Notes: generated by a model not told the origin, from the letters alone. Counted from the stretch's first letter, positions 47,921 to 57,295 are shown. The stretch is DNA of 64,000 bases from an uncultured Candidatus Rokubacteria bacterium (GCA_963789955.1 CAWBMV010000001.1:384001-448000), one strand, 5' to 3'. A program made the numbers and translations.

Positions 47921-49294
47921 TCAGCCCCTGCGGGCCACGCGACCGTTCCCCGACTCGACGTCTTCTTCCACGAACCGCCCGGCACGCGGCAAGTGCACCT
48001 TGAACGTCGCACCGCGATCGTCTGGCGCGTCCAGGGAGATTCGGCCGCCCTGGCGCTGCACGAGCACGCGCGAGATCGCGAGACCGAGTCCTACGCCCGG
48101 CGCGCCGGTCGAGCGCGATGCTTTGCCTCGATAGAAAGGCTGGAACAGTCGCGCGGCCTCGTCGGGCGAGACGCCGGGGCCGGCATCGGAGACCGCGATG
48201 ACCGCCTCGTCCTCGACCGCGGTGGCGGCGATCCGGACCCGGCCGCCGGCCGGTGAGAACTTCACGGCATTGTCGAGAATGTTCGCGAGGGCGACCTTCG
48301 CCGCGACCGGCGCCGCGTTCACGAAGATGTCCGGCAACGGATCGGCGACGACGACCACGCCCTGCTGCTCGGCCCGCGGCCGCACGGCGAGGACGGCCGC
48401 GTCGACGAGGTCGCTGACCGAGACCGCCTCCGCCGGCTCCTGCTCGTCGGTGGCGTCGATGCGCGCCAGCTCGAGCAGGTCCTCGATGATGCCCTGGACT
48501 CGCTCCACCTCGTCGAGGCAGGAGCGCAAGGTCTCCTCGTACTCCGCCAGCGGCCGCGGCCGGCGAAGTGCGACCTCCAGCTCGGCGCGCAGGCGAGACA
48601 GCGGCGAGCGCAGCTCGTGCGAGGCGTCGGCGGAGAACATCCGGCGGACCTCGAAGCTCCGCTCGAGGCGTCCGAGCATCTCGTTCAGGGTCTCGACGAG
48701 CCGGCCGATCTCGTCGGCGGTCCCGGGATGCGGCAGGCGGTCGGCGAGGTTGGCTTCGCCGATGCGCCGGGCGCGGCTCACCATCTGATCGATCGGATTG
48801 AGCGCCTTGCGCGCGAGCAGGGCCCCGGTGAGTCCGATCACGGCGAGGATGATCTTGACGCCCCCGCGGGTCACCTTGCGGCTCGCGGGATCGAGCAGCA
48901 GATCGGTCACGCGGAGAATGGGTGGTCTGGCGATCCGGGCCCGGCGGAGCAGCGCCCTGATCCGGGCGAGCAGCTCGGCGAAGGCGAACGGCTTGGTCAA
49001 ATAGTCGTCGGCGCCGGTGCTGAGGCCGTTGACGCGATCGACCAGGCTGTGGCGCGCGGTGAGCATCAGGATCGGCGTGGTGAGGTCGCGCGCCCGCAGG
49101 GCCTGGCAGACGGCGATGCCGTCCTTGCCCGGCAGGAGCCAGTCGAGGACGATCACGTCGTACTCGTTCACGAACGCCTGCTCTTCTCCGGTCTCGCCCG
49201 TCGGCGCGACGTCCACGACGAACCCTTCCTCGTGCAGACCCTTGGCCAGCAGCTTGGCCGCCTTCCGATCGTCCTCGATCAACAGAACGCGCAT
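47921..49294 (-). CDS. In-frame fusion of an OmpR/CusR-type response regulator N-terminus to the HAMP-HisKA-HATPase of a CusS-type kinase (probable deletion product)
   Basis: MRVLLIEDD...GADDYLTKPFAFAELLARIRALLRR...LLLDPASRKVTRGG then directly ARKALNPI (HAMP), DASHELRSPL, NILDNAVKF, GLGLAI. Confidence 0.8.
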   Translation of the reverse strand: MRVLLIEDDRKAAKLLAKGLHEEGFVVDVAPTGETGEEQAFVNEYDVIVLDWLLPGKDGIAVCQALRARDLTTPILMLTARHSLVDRVNGLSTGADDYLTKPFAFAELLARIRALLRRARIARPPILRVTDLLLDPASRKVTRGGVKIILAVIGLTGALLARKALNPIDQMVSRARRIGEANLADRLPHPGTADEIGRLVETLNEMLGRLERSFEVRRMFSADASHELRSPLSRLRAELEVALRRPRPLAEYEETLRSCLDEVERVQGIIEDLLELARIDATDEQEPAEAVSVSDLVDAAVLAVRPRAEQQGVVVVADPLPDIFVNAAPVAAKVALANILDNAVKFSPAGGRVRIAATAVEDEAVIAVSDAGPGVSPDEAARLFQPFYRGKASRSTGAPGVGLGLAISRVLVQRQGGRISLDAPDDRGATFKVHLPRAGRFVEEDVESGNGRVARRG

Positions 49295-49639
49295 AACACC
49301 TCACCGTCGCGACACCCGCCCGCATGGGCGTCCACGAAGAAAACTTCAGGCGCTGTCACCGCAGGCGCAGCGCGCCAGATCGCGATCGCGCCCAACTGAC
49401 TACCTTACTCCAGTGGTCCAGCGATCAGGCGGGCCAGGAACTCGAACGTGTGCTTCGGGTTGGAGGCGTTCTCTTCGGTGATCGCCTTCAAGGCGGCCAA
49501 AGTCGCGTACGTGGCGGGATCACCTGGCGCTTTGCGGCGAACACCGCGTTCGATCTGGCCGCGTACTATCTCTTTGCCGGCAGCGCGCTGGACATGACCG
49601 AGCAGCTGAACGGCGTCGCGGTGAAGCGCGTGATCACGA

Positions 49640-49672
49640 CGGGGCATGGCTGGTCCGATCGCCCATGCCCCG
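49640..49672. terminator. GC-rich hairpin downstream of the amidohydrolase (possible terminator)
   Basis: CGGGGCATGG...CCATGCCCCG 10-bp inverted repeat; no clear U-tract. Confidence 0.45.
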
Positions 49673-49704
49673 CTTGTCGTATCCGAGGCCGCCTCGAAGC
49701 GGCG

Positions 49705-50856
49705 CTAGCCGAGGCCGTAGAGCCGCGCGCAGTTGTCCCAGAGAATCTTGCGCTTGGTCGTATCGGTCACGCCCTCGAGGCCGAGGAACGTCTCGACGGC
49801 GCGCGGATAGGCCGAGTCGTCGTGGGGCCAGTCCGTCGAGATGACGATGTTGTCGTCGCCCATCGACGGCAGCGCGTGACGCACCACGTCCTCGTCGGGA
49901 TCGACCGAAACCCAGCAGTTGCGCTGGAAGTACTCGCTCGGGCGCATGCTGAGGTGGAAGCGCTCGTCGTCGCCGAACTTCTCGACCCGCTCGTCGAGCG
50001 TCCAGAGCCACCACGGCACCCAGCTGCAGCTGCCTTCGAGGAACGCCGCCTTGAGATGCGGGTATCGCTCGAAGACGCCGCCGGTCAGGAGGCTGCCGAG
50101 CGCCATCATCTGTTCGAGCGGATGCGCGACCGCGTGAGCCATCACGAAGTTGTCCATGAAGCGCCGGCCCAGGTGCTCCTGGTAGGCCATCTGGATCCCG
50201 TGGAAGGCCACGGGCACGCCGAGCCGCTCGGCCTCGGCCCATAGCGGCTCGTACGCCGGGTCGTACCACGCGCGGCCGTTGACCGGGTGGTTGGACAGCA
50301 CCACGGCCACGGCGCCGAGCTCGCGCACGCTGCGCCGCGCCTCTTCGACGGCCAGCTTGGGATCGTGCAGTGGCAGGATGGCCGCCGGCTTCAGACGCGC
50401 CCGGTCGGTCGCGCAGAACTCGCTGAGCCAGTTGTTGAACGCGCGACAGATCGCGGCCGAGAGATCGGGCTCGAGTCCGTCCAGGGCGATCAGGTGCGCG
50501 CCACGCGTGCGGAAGACGATGGCGAGGTCGATCCCCTCGCGGTCCATCGCCTTGAGCATCGCGTGCGGATCGTCACCCGGCAGGTCTTCGGCCGGGTCCT
50601 TGTAGCGTCCCGTCGCCAGATGACGGGCCAGCGCCTTTTCGCGGCGGATGCGTCCGAAGCGGCGGCGCTCCGGCCGATCGAAGAAGGCCGGAAACACCTT
50701 GCCCTCGAACTGCCAGCCGTTGGTGTGCGAGCCGTCGATCGCGGCGAATCGCGGCGCGCGGTCCTTGAACCGGGACTCCAGGTACCGATCCCAGAGGTCG
50801 TGGGGCTCGTCGACGTGGATGTCACTGTCCATCACCTTGAAGCCGCACTTGGCCAT
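49705..50856 (-). CDS. Amidohydrolase_2-family protein
   Basis: MDSDIHVDEP, AMDREGID, AFNNWL, VAFH, FLEGSCSW, STDWPHDD. Confidence 0.9.
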   Translation of the reverse strand: MAKCGFKVMDSDIHVDEPHDLWDRYLESRFKDRAPRFAAIDGSHTNGWQFEGKVFPAFFDRPERRRFGRIRREKALARHLATGRYKDPAEDLPGDDPHAMLKAMDREGIDLAIVFRTRGAHLIALDGLEPDLSAAICRAFNNWLSEFCATDRARLKPAAILPLHDPKLAVEEARRSVRELGAVAVVLSNHPVNGRAWYDPAYEPLWAEAERLGVPVAFHGIQMAYQEHLGRRFMDNFVMAHAVAHPLEQMMALGSLLTGGVFERYPHLKAAFLEGSCSWVPWWLWTLDERVEKFGDDERFHLSMRPSEYFQRNCWVSVDPDEDVVRHALPSMGDDNIVISTDWPHDDSAYPRAVETFLGLEGVTDTTKRKILWDNCARLYGLG

Positions 50857-50926
50857 GAAGACCTCCTGTCGCGTGACGCGGACGTGCGAGCACGCTAGAG
50901 CGCCCGAAGGGCGGTCGTCAAGGGGG

Positions 50927-52296
50927 CGCATCGACTCAAAACTTCGGTTACCGAAGGGAGGATCGTAACTCAGAAGTCACGGTTACCAATTCCCATGGGG
51001 AGGGGCCCGTGACACGAGCCAGCTTGCGCGAGTACGCTGCCGTTCAGGGGTTGCGGTACCAGCAGGCCACTCGAGCCGAGAAGCACCAACTCTTGGACGA
51101 GATCGTGGCCGTGACGGGGATCCACCGCAAAGCGGCCATCCGGCTGCTGCGGCGCTCGCCCCGGGTGCGATCCCGCCCTGGGCCCGGCGGTCGGCCGCGC
51201 ACGTACGGGCCCGAAGTCGCGGCGGCGGCGGCGGTGGTATGGCAGGCCAGTGGCCGGATCGGGGCGCATCGGCTGCAACCGTTCCTGCCGGAACTGCTCG
51301 AGCGGCTGGTCGGCTGTGGCGAGCTGACGGTCAGCCCGCCCGTCGAAAAGCTCCTGCGGCAGATCAGTCGGCCGACGCTCGCGCGCGTGCTGGAGCCGGC
51401 GCGGGCGCAGTACCCGCGGCGCGGTGCCACCATCACGCACCCCAGCCATCTACTGCGGCAAGAGATTCCCATCCGCACGTTCACCGACTGGGACGACGCC
51501 CGGCCCGGCTTCTTGGAAATCGATCTGGTCGCCCACTGTGGCACGAGCACGCAGGGCTTCTACCTCTGTACGCTCTGCGCGGTGGACATCACGACGGCGT
51601 GGATCGAGCTGGACGCGGTCTGGGGCAAGAATCAAGAGCGGGTGGGGAGCGCGGTGCATCGCGTGCGGGAGCGCTTGCCGGTGCCCCTCATGGGGCTCGA
51701 CAGCGACAACGGGAGCGAGTTCATCAACCGCCACCTCTTGGCCTGGTGTCAACGGCACCGGATCACGTTCACCCGCAGCCGCGCCTGGAAAAAGAACGAC
51801 AGTGCCCACGTCGAGCAGAAGAACGGCGCCATCGTCCGCCACCTCATCGGCTACGATCGGTTCGTCTCCAAGGCCGCCTTTACCCAACTCCAGCGCGTCT
51901 ACGACCTGGTACGACTGCACATCAATTTCTTTCAGCCCGTGGAGAAGCTGGTGAGCAAGACGCGTCACGGCGCCCGCACGCATCGCGTCTACGATTGCGC
52001 GCGGACGCCGTATCAGCGGCTGTGCGCGGCCGGCGTCCTGACGCCCGGCAAGCATGACGAACTCGAGCGGCTCTACCAGACGCTCAATCCGCTCCAGCTC
52101 CGGCGCGACCTCGACGCGGCCCTGGCCCGGCTCTGGGCCCTTGCGGCGCCTGATCCGCACCGCGACCCGGGGCATAGCGCGGTGGCTCCCACCCCTCTCA
52201 AGTCCTCTCCAGGAGGCTCGTAGGCGATGGCTTCGGTAACCGTCAGTTATGAGTTGACGAGAAGGCGAGGGTAACCCTCAGTTATGAGCTGCGACG
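50927..52296 (+). mobile_element. Insertion sequence (unclassified, ISNCY/IS481-like) with two inverted ~24-bp motifs at each end
   Basis: GGTTACC-ending motifs at 50946 and 50981 mirror GGTAACC..TTATGAG motifs at 52235 and 52270; possible GGGGG target duplication; exact ends tentative. Confidence 0.78.
51009..52223 (+). CDS. DDE transposase/integrase (rve-like core)
   Basis: N-terminal HTH (LLDEIVAVTGIHRKAAIRLL), EIDLVAH (D), DSDNGSEF (D), FTRSRAWKKND.AHVEQKN (E). Confidence 0.9.
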   Translation: MTRASLREYAAVQGLRYQQATRAEKHQLLDEIVAVTGIHRKAAIRLLRRSPRVRSRPGPGGRPRTYGPEVAAAAAVVWQASGRIGAHRLQPFLPELLERLVGCGELTVSPPVEKLLRQISRPTLARVLEPARAQYPRRGATITHPSHLLRQEIPIRTFTDWDDARPGFLEIDLVAHCGTSTQGFYLCTLCAVDITTAWIELDAVWGKNQERVGSAVHRVRERLPVPLMGLDSDNGSEFINRHLLAWCQRHRITFTRSRAWKKNDSAHVEQKNGAIVRHLIGYDRFVSKAAFTQLQRVYDLVRLHINFFQPVEKLVSKTRHGARTHRVYDCARTPYQRLCAAGVLTPGKHDELERLYQTLNPLQLRRDLDAALARLWALAAPDPHRDPGHSAVAPTPLKSSPGGS

Positions 52297-52325
52297 GGGG
52301 GAGCTTCGGTATCAGGGTCGTCGCG

Positions 52326-53006
52326 CTAGCCCTTCTTCAGGGCGTCGATGCGATCCCCCGTGGCCGGATGCGTGGCAAAGAAGCCGCCGCCGCTGGCGCC
52401 CTCGGTCTCGTTGAGCCACGTGAGCGTGTTGATCATGACGTCCCTGGAGAAGCCGGCCCGCTGAAGGATCTCGGTGCCGTGCTTGTCGGCCTCGTACTCT
52501 TCCTTGCGGCTGTACGAGCGCGAGATCAGCTCACCGGCGATCGGGGTGAGGTTGCCGCTGCCCGGGATGATCTGATCGAGCAGCACCATGCCGATCTGCA
52601 GCCCGGCGCCCAGCCGCTGCGCCTTGGCGACGTGGCCGAGATCGTCGTGAGCGAGCTCGTGGGCGAGCACGCCGCGCATCTGATCGTCGTTGGCCTTCTC
52701 CAGGAGCCCGGTCGTGACGTAGAACTCACCGTTGCCGGCGCTGGCCGCGTTGATGTGGGGATCGTCCATGATGCCGATCTTCACCTCGCTCGGCGAGCGC
52801 GGCTTGTTCATCTTCGCCATGAGCGGGATCATCACGCGCTGGAGCCGCTCGACCACGGCGGGATCCACCTTCTTCGAAGACGGCGCCTGCTTGCTCGCCG
52901 TCGGCTGCGGGGTCGGCTGGGGCTGCCGGCTATCGGTCTGACCCGACGACTGCACCGCGCACCCCGCGGCGAGCGTCGCGATCACGAGCATCTTGAGCAA
53001 TCGCAT
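52326..53006 (-). CDS. M48-family zinc metallopeptidase lipoprotein
   Basis: Lipobox LAAGC, INAAS, AHELAH, YSRKEEYEAD, ATHPA...R. Confidence 0.88.
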   Translation of the reverse strand: MRLLKMLVIATLAAGCAVQSSGQTDSRQPQPTPQPTASKQAPSSKKVDPAVVERLQRVMIPLMAKMNKPRSPSEVKIGIMDDPHINAASAGNGEFYVTTGLLEKANDDQMRGVLAHELAHDDLGHVAKAQRLGAGLQIGMVLLDQIIPGSGNLTPIAGELISRSYSRKEEYEADKHGTEILQRAGFSRDVMINTLTWLNETEGASGGGFFATHPATGDRIDALKKG

Positions 53007-53392
53007 GTTGGTCTCCTTCAGTTTGGGCGGGTAATGGCGCGCGCTCAGATCAGCTCGCGGATCCGTTCGCCGAGCACGGTGAGCGCGATGCCATGTGTCG
53101 TTCTCTCCCGCGCCCAATCGGTCTTCGGCGCTCTCGGCAATGCCTCTGCGCTCGATCCGCAAGTCACGTGCCGATCCGAGCACGCCGGCTGCCACGGGCG
53201 GAAAACGCAGAAAACACTGGCGCGAGGCGCACGCCGTCCGAGGCGTTCGGCGAATCGCGTGCGAAGCTCGAGGAACGATTTACATGGTAAGAACGCGCAT
53301 CGCCTGAAGTAACGCGCAGGTAAAAAGTCGCGCCCGAGCGCGTAGAAATGCGGATCGCTCGGGCTTTCGATCGTTTCGACGACGTGCACCGC

Positions 53393-53407
53393 TGGCATGT
53401 GCGTTGC
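53393..53407 (+). promoter_or_regulatory. Sigma54 -24/-12 promoter
   Basis: TGGCAT-GTGCG-TTGC upstream of the PRC-barrel operon. Confidence 0.7.
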
Positions 53408-53475
53408 TCCTTCACTGGTCGACTCGAAACACAAAAGGAGAGGGCACCGGGACACGCGACGGCAAGGAGGACGAC

Positions 53476-54276
53476 ATGCTCAGGACCGCCGGCGAGCTCA
53501 AAGGCGTCACGATCGAGGCGATGGACGGTGATATCGGCAGCGTGCAGGATCTGTACTTCGACGATCAGACCTGGACGATTCGCTATCTCGTCGTCGACAC
53601 CGGAACGTGGCTCCCGGGCCGTCAGGTGCTGATCTCGCCGTTCGCCTTCCAGGTGGTTCCCGGCGCCTCGCGACTCCGGACGTCATTGACGAAGGACCAG
53701 ATCAAGAACAGCCCGTCGGTCGATACCGATCGCCCGGTCGATCGGCAGCGCGAGATCGCGTTCTCGCAGTATTACGGCTATCCGTACTACTGGGTCGGGC
53801 CGTATCGCTGGGGCGACCTGGCGTACCCGACGCTCCCGATCCCGACGGCGCCGCCGAGCGCGGTCGACGAGGAGATGCTGGCGCGGGAGCGTGAGAGCAC
53901 CGATCCCCATCTCCGGAGCGTCCGCGACGTGACCGGCTACTACATTCAGGCGACGGACGGTGACCTGGGCCACGTCGAGGACTTTCTGGTCGACGACGAG
54001 ACGTGGGCGATCCGGTACTGCATCGTCGACACGCGCAACTGGCTGCCGGGCCGCAAGGTGCTCGTCTCGCCGGAGTGGATCCAGCGCGTGAGCTGGGAGG
54101 ATTCGAAGGTGTACGTGGATCTGTCGAAGCGACACATCGAAGCCGCTCCCGAATTCGATCCGAGCATCCCGCTCATCCGCGAGCACGAAGAGCGGCTGTA
54201 CACGCATCTCGGCCGCGCGAAGTACTGGGAGCGCGAGCCGAAGGCACCAGAAGGAAAACCCAATGGCAAGACTTGA
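53476..54276 (+). CDS. Tandem PRC-barrel domain protein
   Basis: Two repeats A.DGD.G.V.D...DD.TW.IRY..VDT..WLPGR.VL.SP; AAGGAGG RBS. Confidence 0.88.
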   Translation: MLRTAGELKGVTIEAMDGDIGSVQDLYFDDQTWTIRYLVVDTGTWLPGRQVLISPFAFQVVPGASRLRTSLTKDQIKNSPSVDTDRPVDRQREIAFSQYYGYPYYWVGPYRWGDLAYPTLPIPTAPPSAVDEEMLARERESTDPHLRSVRDVTGYYIQATDGDLGHVEDFLVDDETWAIRYCIVDTRNWLPGRKVLVSPEWIQRVSWEDSKVYVDLSKRHIEAAPEFDPSIPLIREHEERLYTHLGRAKYWEREPKAPEGKPNGKT

Positions 54277-54883
54277 GGTGGAGGAAATCGTGGCGCTCGA
54301 ACCGGACGAAGGGTTTCTGCCCTGGTACGTGTCGTGGAGCGGCGTGTTCGTCGGCGCGTTGTCGGCGCTCGCCCTGCTGCTGGTCTTCGGTCTCACCGCG
54401 ATCGCGGTCGGCGCGCACCAGATCGGTCAGCGCTTCGCGACCTGGCACGAGTTTCATCTGATCACGCTCGTGTTCAGCGTGTTCGGCTCGTTCCTGTCGT
54501 TCGTGCTCGGCGGCTGGGCCGCGGCGCGGGTCACCGGTACGCGACGGGCCGAGACCGCGATGCTCCACGGCGCGATCGCGTGGCTCGTGACGATCCCGGG
54601 GCTCCTGTTCTTCGCCGCGCTCGGCGCGGGCGGCTATCTCGGGGCCTGGTACGGCGGCCTCGCCGCGCCGCCCTCCTGGGCGCCTCAAGCGACGCCGATG
54701 GTCGAGAGCGCCGCGGCCGCGCTCGCCGCGCGAAACGCCGCGCTCGGCTCCTTGACGGCGCTGCTGCTGGGCCTCGTCGGCTCGGTCGTCGGAGGCTGGA
54801 TGGGCTCGGGTGAGCGCATGAGCCTCAACTATTCGAACAGACCGCACCCCGAGCATGGGCGTGCGTGGGGAGAGACGCGATGA
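54263..54883 (+). CDS. Conserved membrane protein (4 TM)
   Basis: VSWSGVFVGA, LGGWAAAR, LHGAIAW; overlaps the PRC-barrel stop. Confidence 0.72.
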   Translation: MARLEVEEIVALEPDEGFLPWYVSWSGVFVGALSALALLLVFGLTAIAVGAHQIGQRFATWHEFHLITLVFSVFGSFLSFVLGGWAAARVTGTRRAETAMLHGAIAWLVTIPGLLFFAALGAGGYLGAWYGGLAAPPSWAPQATPMVESAAAALAARNAALGSLTALLLGLVGSVVGGWMGSGERMSLNYSNRPHPEHGRAWGETR

Positions 54884-54960
54884 TCTACATCTTGCTCTGG
54901 CTGCTGGGGGCGCCGCTGACCCTCATCCTGATCCTGTTCCTGCTCGGCGTCGGCCGCTAG
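54880..54960 (+). CDS. 26-aa hydrophobic small protein MIYILLWLLGAPLTLILILFLLGVGR
   Basis: ATGA overlap with the upstream stop, GGAGAG RBS, single TM helix; below the ORF-track cutoff. Confidence 0.7.
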   Translation: MIYILLWLLGAPLTLILILFLLGVGR

Positions 54961-55077
54961 CTCCCGCGAGTCAACGACCGCCGGCCCGCGCGTCGCGAGT
55001 AGGTCTCGCGCGCCGGCCGGCGGTTTCGCTTCTGGGCCGCTTTACTCCGTGCGCCGCCTGAGCGAGGATGACTCACC

Positions 55078-55812
55078 ATGCTTGGCTGGCGCGCGCGAAT
55101 CGGCGTGCTCGTGCCGCCGGGGAACCCGACGGTCGAGCCCGAGCTCTACCGCATGACGCCCCACGGAGTCTCGCTCCATTTCGCCCGGCTCGATTCGTCT
55201 TCGTCGTCCAGCGCGCCCGGCGCGCACGGTGGGATGGAAGATCGCACGCAGGCCTACCTCGACTCGCTCCCGGCGGTCGCGCCGACGCTCGGGGCCGTGA
55301 GCCCCGCGGTCGTCGTGCTCGCGTTCACCGCGGCGAGCTATAGCCATGGATTTGCCCGCGAGCAGGTGCTGGCCGACCGCATCGCGTCGCTGACCGGCTC
55401 GCGCGCGCTCACCGCGGCCCAGGCGATCTTCGCCGCCCTGCAACATCTCGGCGTCAAGAAGCTCGCGCTCGGCACCCCGTATCCCGAGTCCATCAGCGCG
55501 CTCGGCCGAGCGTATTGGGAGGCGGCCGGGCTCAAGGTGGTCGGCTACGCGCGGCTCGCCGGCGTCGAGAACATCTACGACGAGAGCGAGGAGCGCGCCT
55601 ACCGCCTGGCGCGCCAGGCCGACGTGCCGGACGCCGATGCCGTGCTGCTGAGCGGGACGGGATTGCCGACGGTCGGCGTGCTGGAAGTGCTCGAGCGCGA
55701 TCTCGGCAAGCCGGTCATCTCGTCGAACCAGGCCTCGCTCTGGCGGGCACTCCGCATGGCCGGTGTGCGCGAGCCGGTCGCGGGGTTCGGCCGGCTGCTG
55801 ACGGCCGTCTAA
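55078..55812 (+). CDS. Maleate isomerase/arylmalonate decarboxylase family (Asp/Glu racemase superfamily)
   Basis: RIGVLVPPGNPTVEPE, LGTPY, LGKPVISSNQA. Confidence 0.85.
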   Translation: MLGWRARIGVLVPPGNPTVEPELYRMTPHGVSLHFARLDSSSSSSAPGAHGGMEDRTQAYLDSLPAVAPTLGAVSPAVVVLAFTAASYSHGFAREQVLADRIASLTGSRALTAAQAIFAALQHLGVKKLALGTPYPESISALGRAYWEAAGLKVVGYARLAGVENIYDESEERAYRLARQADVPDADAVLLSGTGLPTVGVLEVLERDLGKPVISSNQASLWRALRMAGVREPVAGFGRLLTAV

Positions 55813-55822
55813 CGCGGCCGCG

Positions 55823-56620
55823 CTACGTTCCGGGCGTGATCCGCCCGGCGAGCTCTTTGAGCTCACCGGCGTCGACGTCGGAGACGAGCGCGTAGCCGAG
55901 CTCGCCGCGCCGCCACACGATCACGTTGAAGCCGCGCTCGCTCGTCACGAACGCCTCCCGGCCACCGATTCGGATGAGGTCCCGCGCCGGCCAGACGAGT
56001 CCGTCGGCGCGGAAGACGAGCAGGGTGATCGGGTGCAGCCGCCGCGCGTAGACGAACACCGCCGCCTTTCGGTCACCGAAGTAGCCGACGCTGCCGCCCT
56101 TCAGGGGAAAGTCGGCGTCGCCTTCGAAGGTGACGACCGGGGCGAAATCCAGCCGCCCGCCGAACCACGGCTTCACCTGATGCAGGCCGCCGCTCTCGAC
56201 GTCGAGCGGGTGCTGGCTCGCCAGCAGGCGCAGATGATCGTTGACCGCCTCGGTCACCATCGCGGATTGCTCACGCGCCGCCCGCGATGCCGTGCGCTCG
56301 TAGTAGACGAGGGGCGCCGCCACGAGGATCACCGCGGCCGCCGCCAGCGCCGGCACGAGGGACGCCCGCGACCGGCTCCACCACGAGCGCTCGACCATCG
56401 GCTCCGACCACTGCGCGGCGAGCCGGCGCTTGAGGGCGAGCGAGGCGGGGTGCTGCGGCAGGCGGTGCTCGAGGAGCTGCGTCAGATCCCGCTCGACCGC
56501 GTCGGCGCGCGTGCAGTCGGGGCAGCCGTCGAGATGCGCGCGCACCGCGCTCTGCGCTTCGAGGCGCAGGCGGCCCTCCTGGTAGTCGAGCAACTGCAGC
56601 CGGACCTCGTCGCACTTCAT
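55823..56620 (-). CDS. Transmembrane anti-sigma factor (zf-HC2)
   Basis: HLDGCPDC (HxxxCxxC), TM helix, HQVKPWFGGRLDF. Confidence 0.88.
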   Translation of the reverse strand: MKCDEVRLQLLDYQEGRLRLEAQSAVRAHLDGCPDCTRADAVERDLTQLLEHRLPQHPASLALKRRLAAQWSEPMVERSWWSRSRASLVPALAAAAVILVAAPLVYYERTASRAAREQSAMVTEAVNDHLRLLASQHPLDVESGGLHQVKPWFGGRLDFAPVVTFEGDADFPLKGGSVGYFGDRKAAVFVYARRLHPITLLVFRADGLVWPARDLIRIGGREAFVTSERGFNVIVWRRGELGYALVSDVDAGELKELAGRITPGT

Positions 56621-56627
56621 CGATCGT

Positions 56628-57146
56628 TCACCGCGCGTAGTCCTTGAGCTTCTGGCGCAGGGCCGCCCGGGCGCGGGCAAGCCTCGACTTCACGGTGCCG
56701 ACCGCGCAGCCGACGACGTCGGCGACTTCCACTTCCGTCAGTCCCTCCAGATCCAGCAGGATCACCGTGCGCGATTCCTCCGAGAGCGTCATCAGCGCCG
56801 CCTCGATCTCGTCGGCGACCACCTTGCGCAGGCGATCGAGCTCCAGGTCGCCGAGAAGCCAGTCGGCCGGCGCCGTGCCCTCGACCGCCGTGACCACCGT
56901 GTCGAGCCCGCCCACCGTCGGATCGTTGCGCTGGCGGCGATACGAGCTCAAGAACGTGTTCCTCAAGATCCGGAACAGCCAGGCCTTCAAGTTCGTGCCC
57001 GGCGTGAACTGGTGCTCGGCCCGCAGCGCCCGGGCGTACGTCTCCTGCACGAGGTCCTCGGCGTCCGTTTCGTTGCCGGTCAGATAGCGCGCCAGGTTGT
57101 GCAGGGCGTCGACGTAGGCCAGCGCCTGGTTCGCCAGGGCACTCAC
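56628..57146 (-). CDS. ECF RNA polymerase sigma factor
   Basis: [34 protein letters not shown] start inferred. Confidence 0.92.
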   Translation of the reverse strand: MSALANQALAYVDALHNLARYLTGNETDAEDLVQETYARALRAEHQFTPGTNLKAWLFRILRNTFLSSYRRQRNDPTVGGLDTVVTAVEGTAPADWLLGDLELDRLRKVVADEIEAALMTLSEESRTVILLDLEGLTEVEVADVVGCAVGTVKSRLARARAALRQKLKDYAR

Positions 57147-57211
57147 GCCGCCCGCTCCCCGTTGGCCACCCGCCCACAATAGCACCGGGATGAAACCCCT
57201 TCGTCTTCCGC

Positions 57212-57264
57212 AACGCGCGAGGCGACGAATCGTTCCCTGGGAACGATCGCACGAGAACGGCGTT
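57212..57264. promoter_or_regulatory. Back-to-back ECF promoters GGAAC-N16-CGTT on both strands
   Basis: Plus strand 57240-57264 GGAAC-N16-CGTT; minus strand 57236-57212 GGAAC-N16-CGTT; joined in the palindrome ATCGTTCCC-T-GGGAACGAT. Confidence 0.78.
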
Positions 57265-57295
57265 GGCAGAGGTGAGCACCGTAGAGGAGGTCACG

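Noticed and set aside
49405..49647. 80-aa minus-strand ORF
   Set aside because: Start lies inside a hairpin, no recognisable motif, and the opposite strand looks more protein-like
53045..53455. 136-aa minus-strand ORF between M48 and PRC-barrel genes
   Set aside because: Overlaps the promoter region, atypical composition, no motifs
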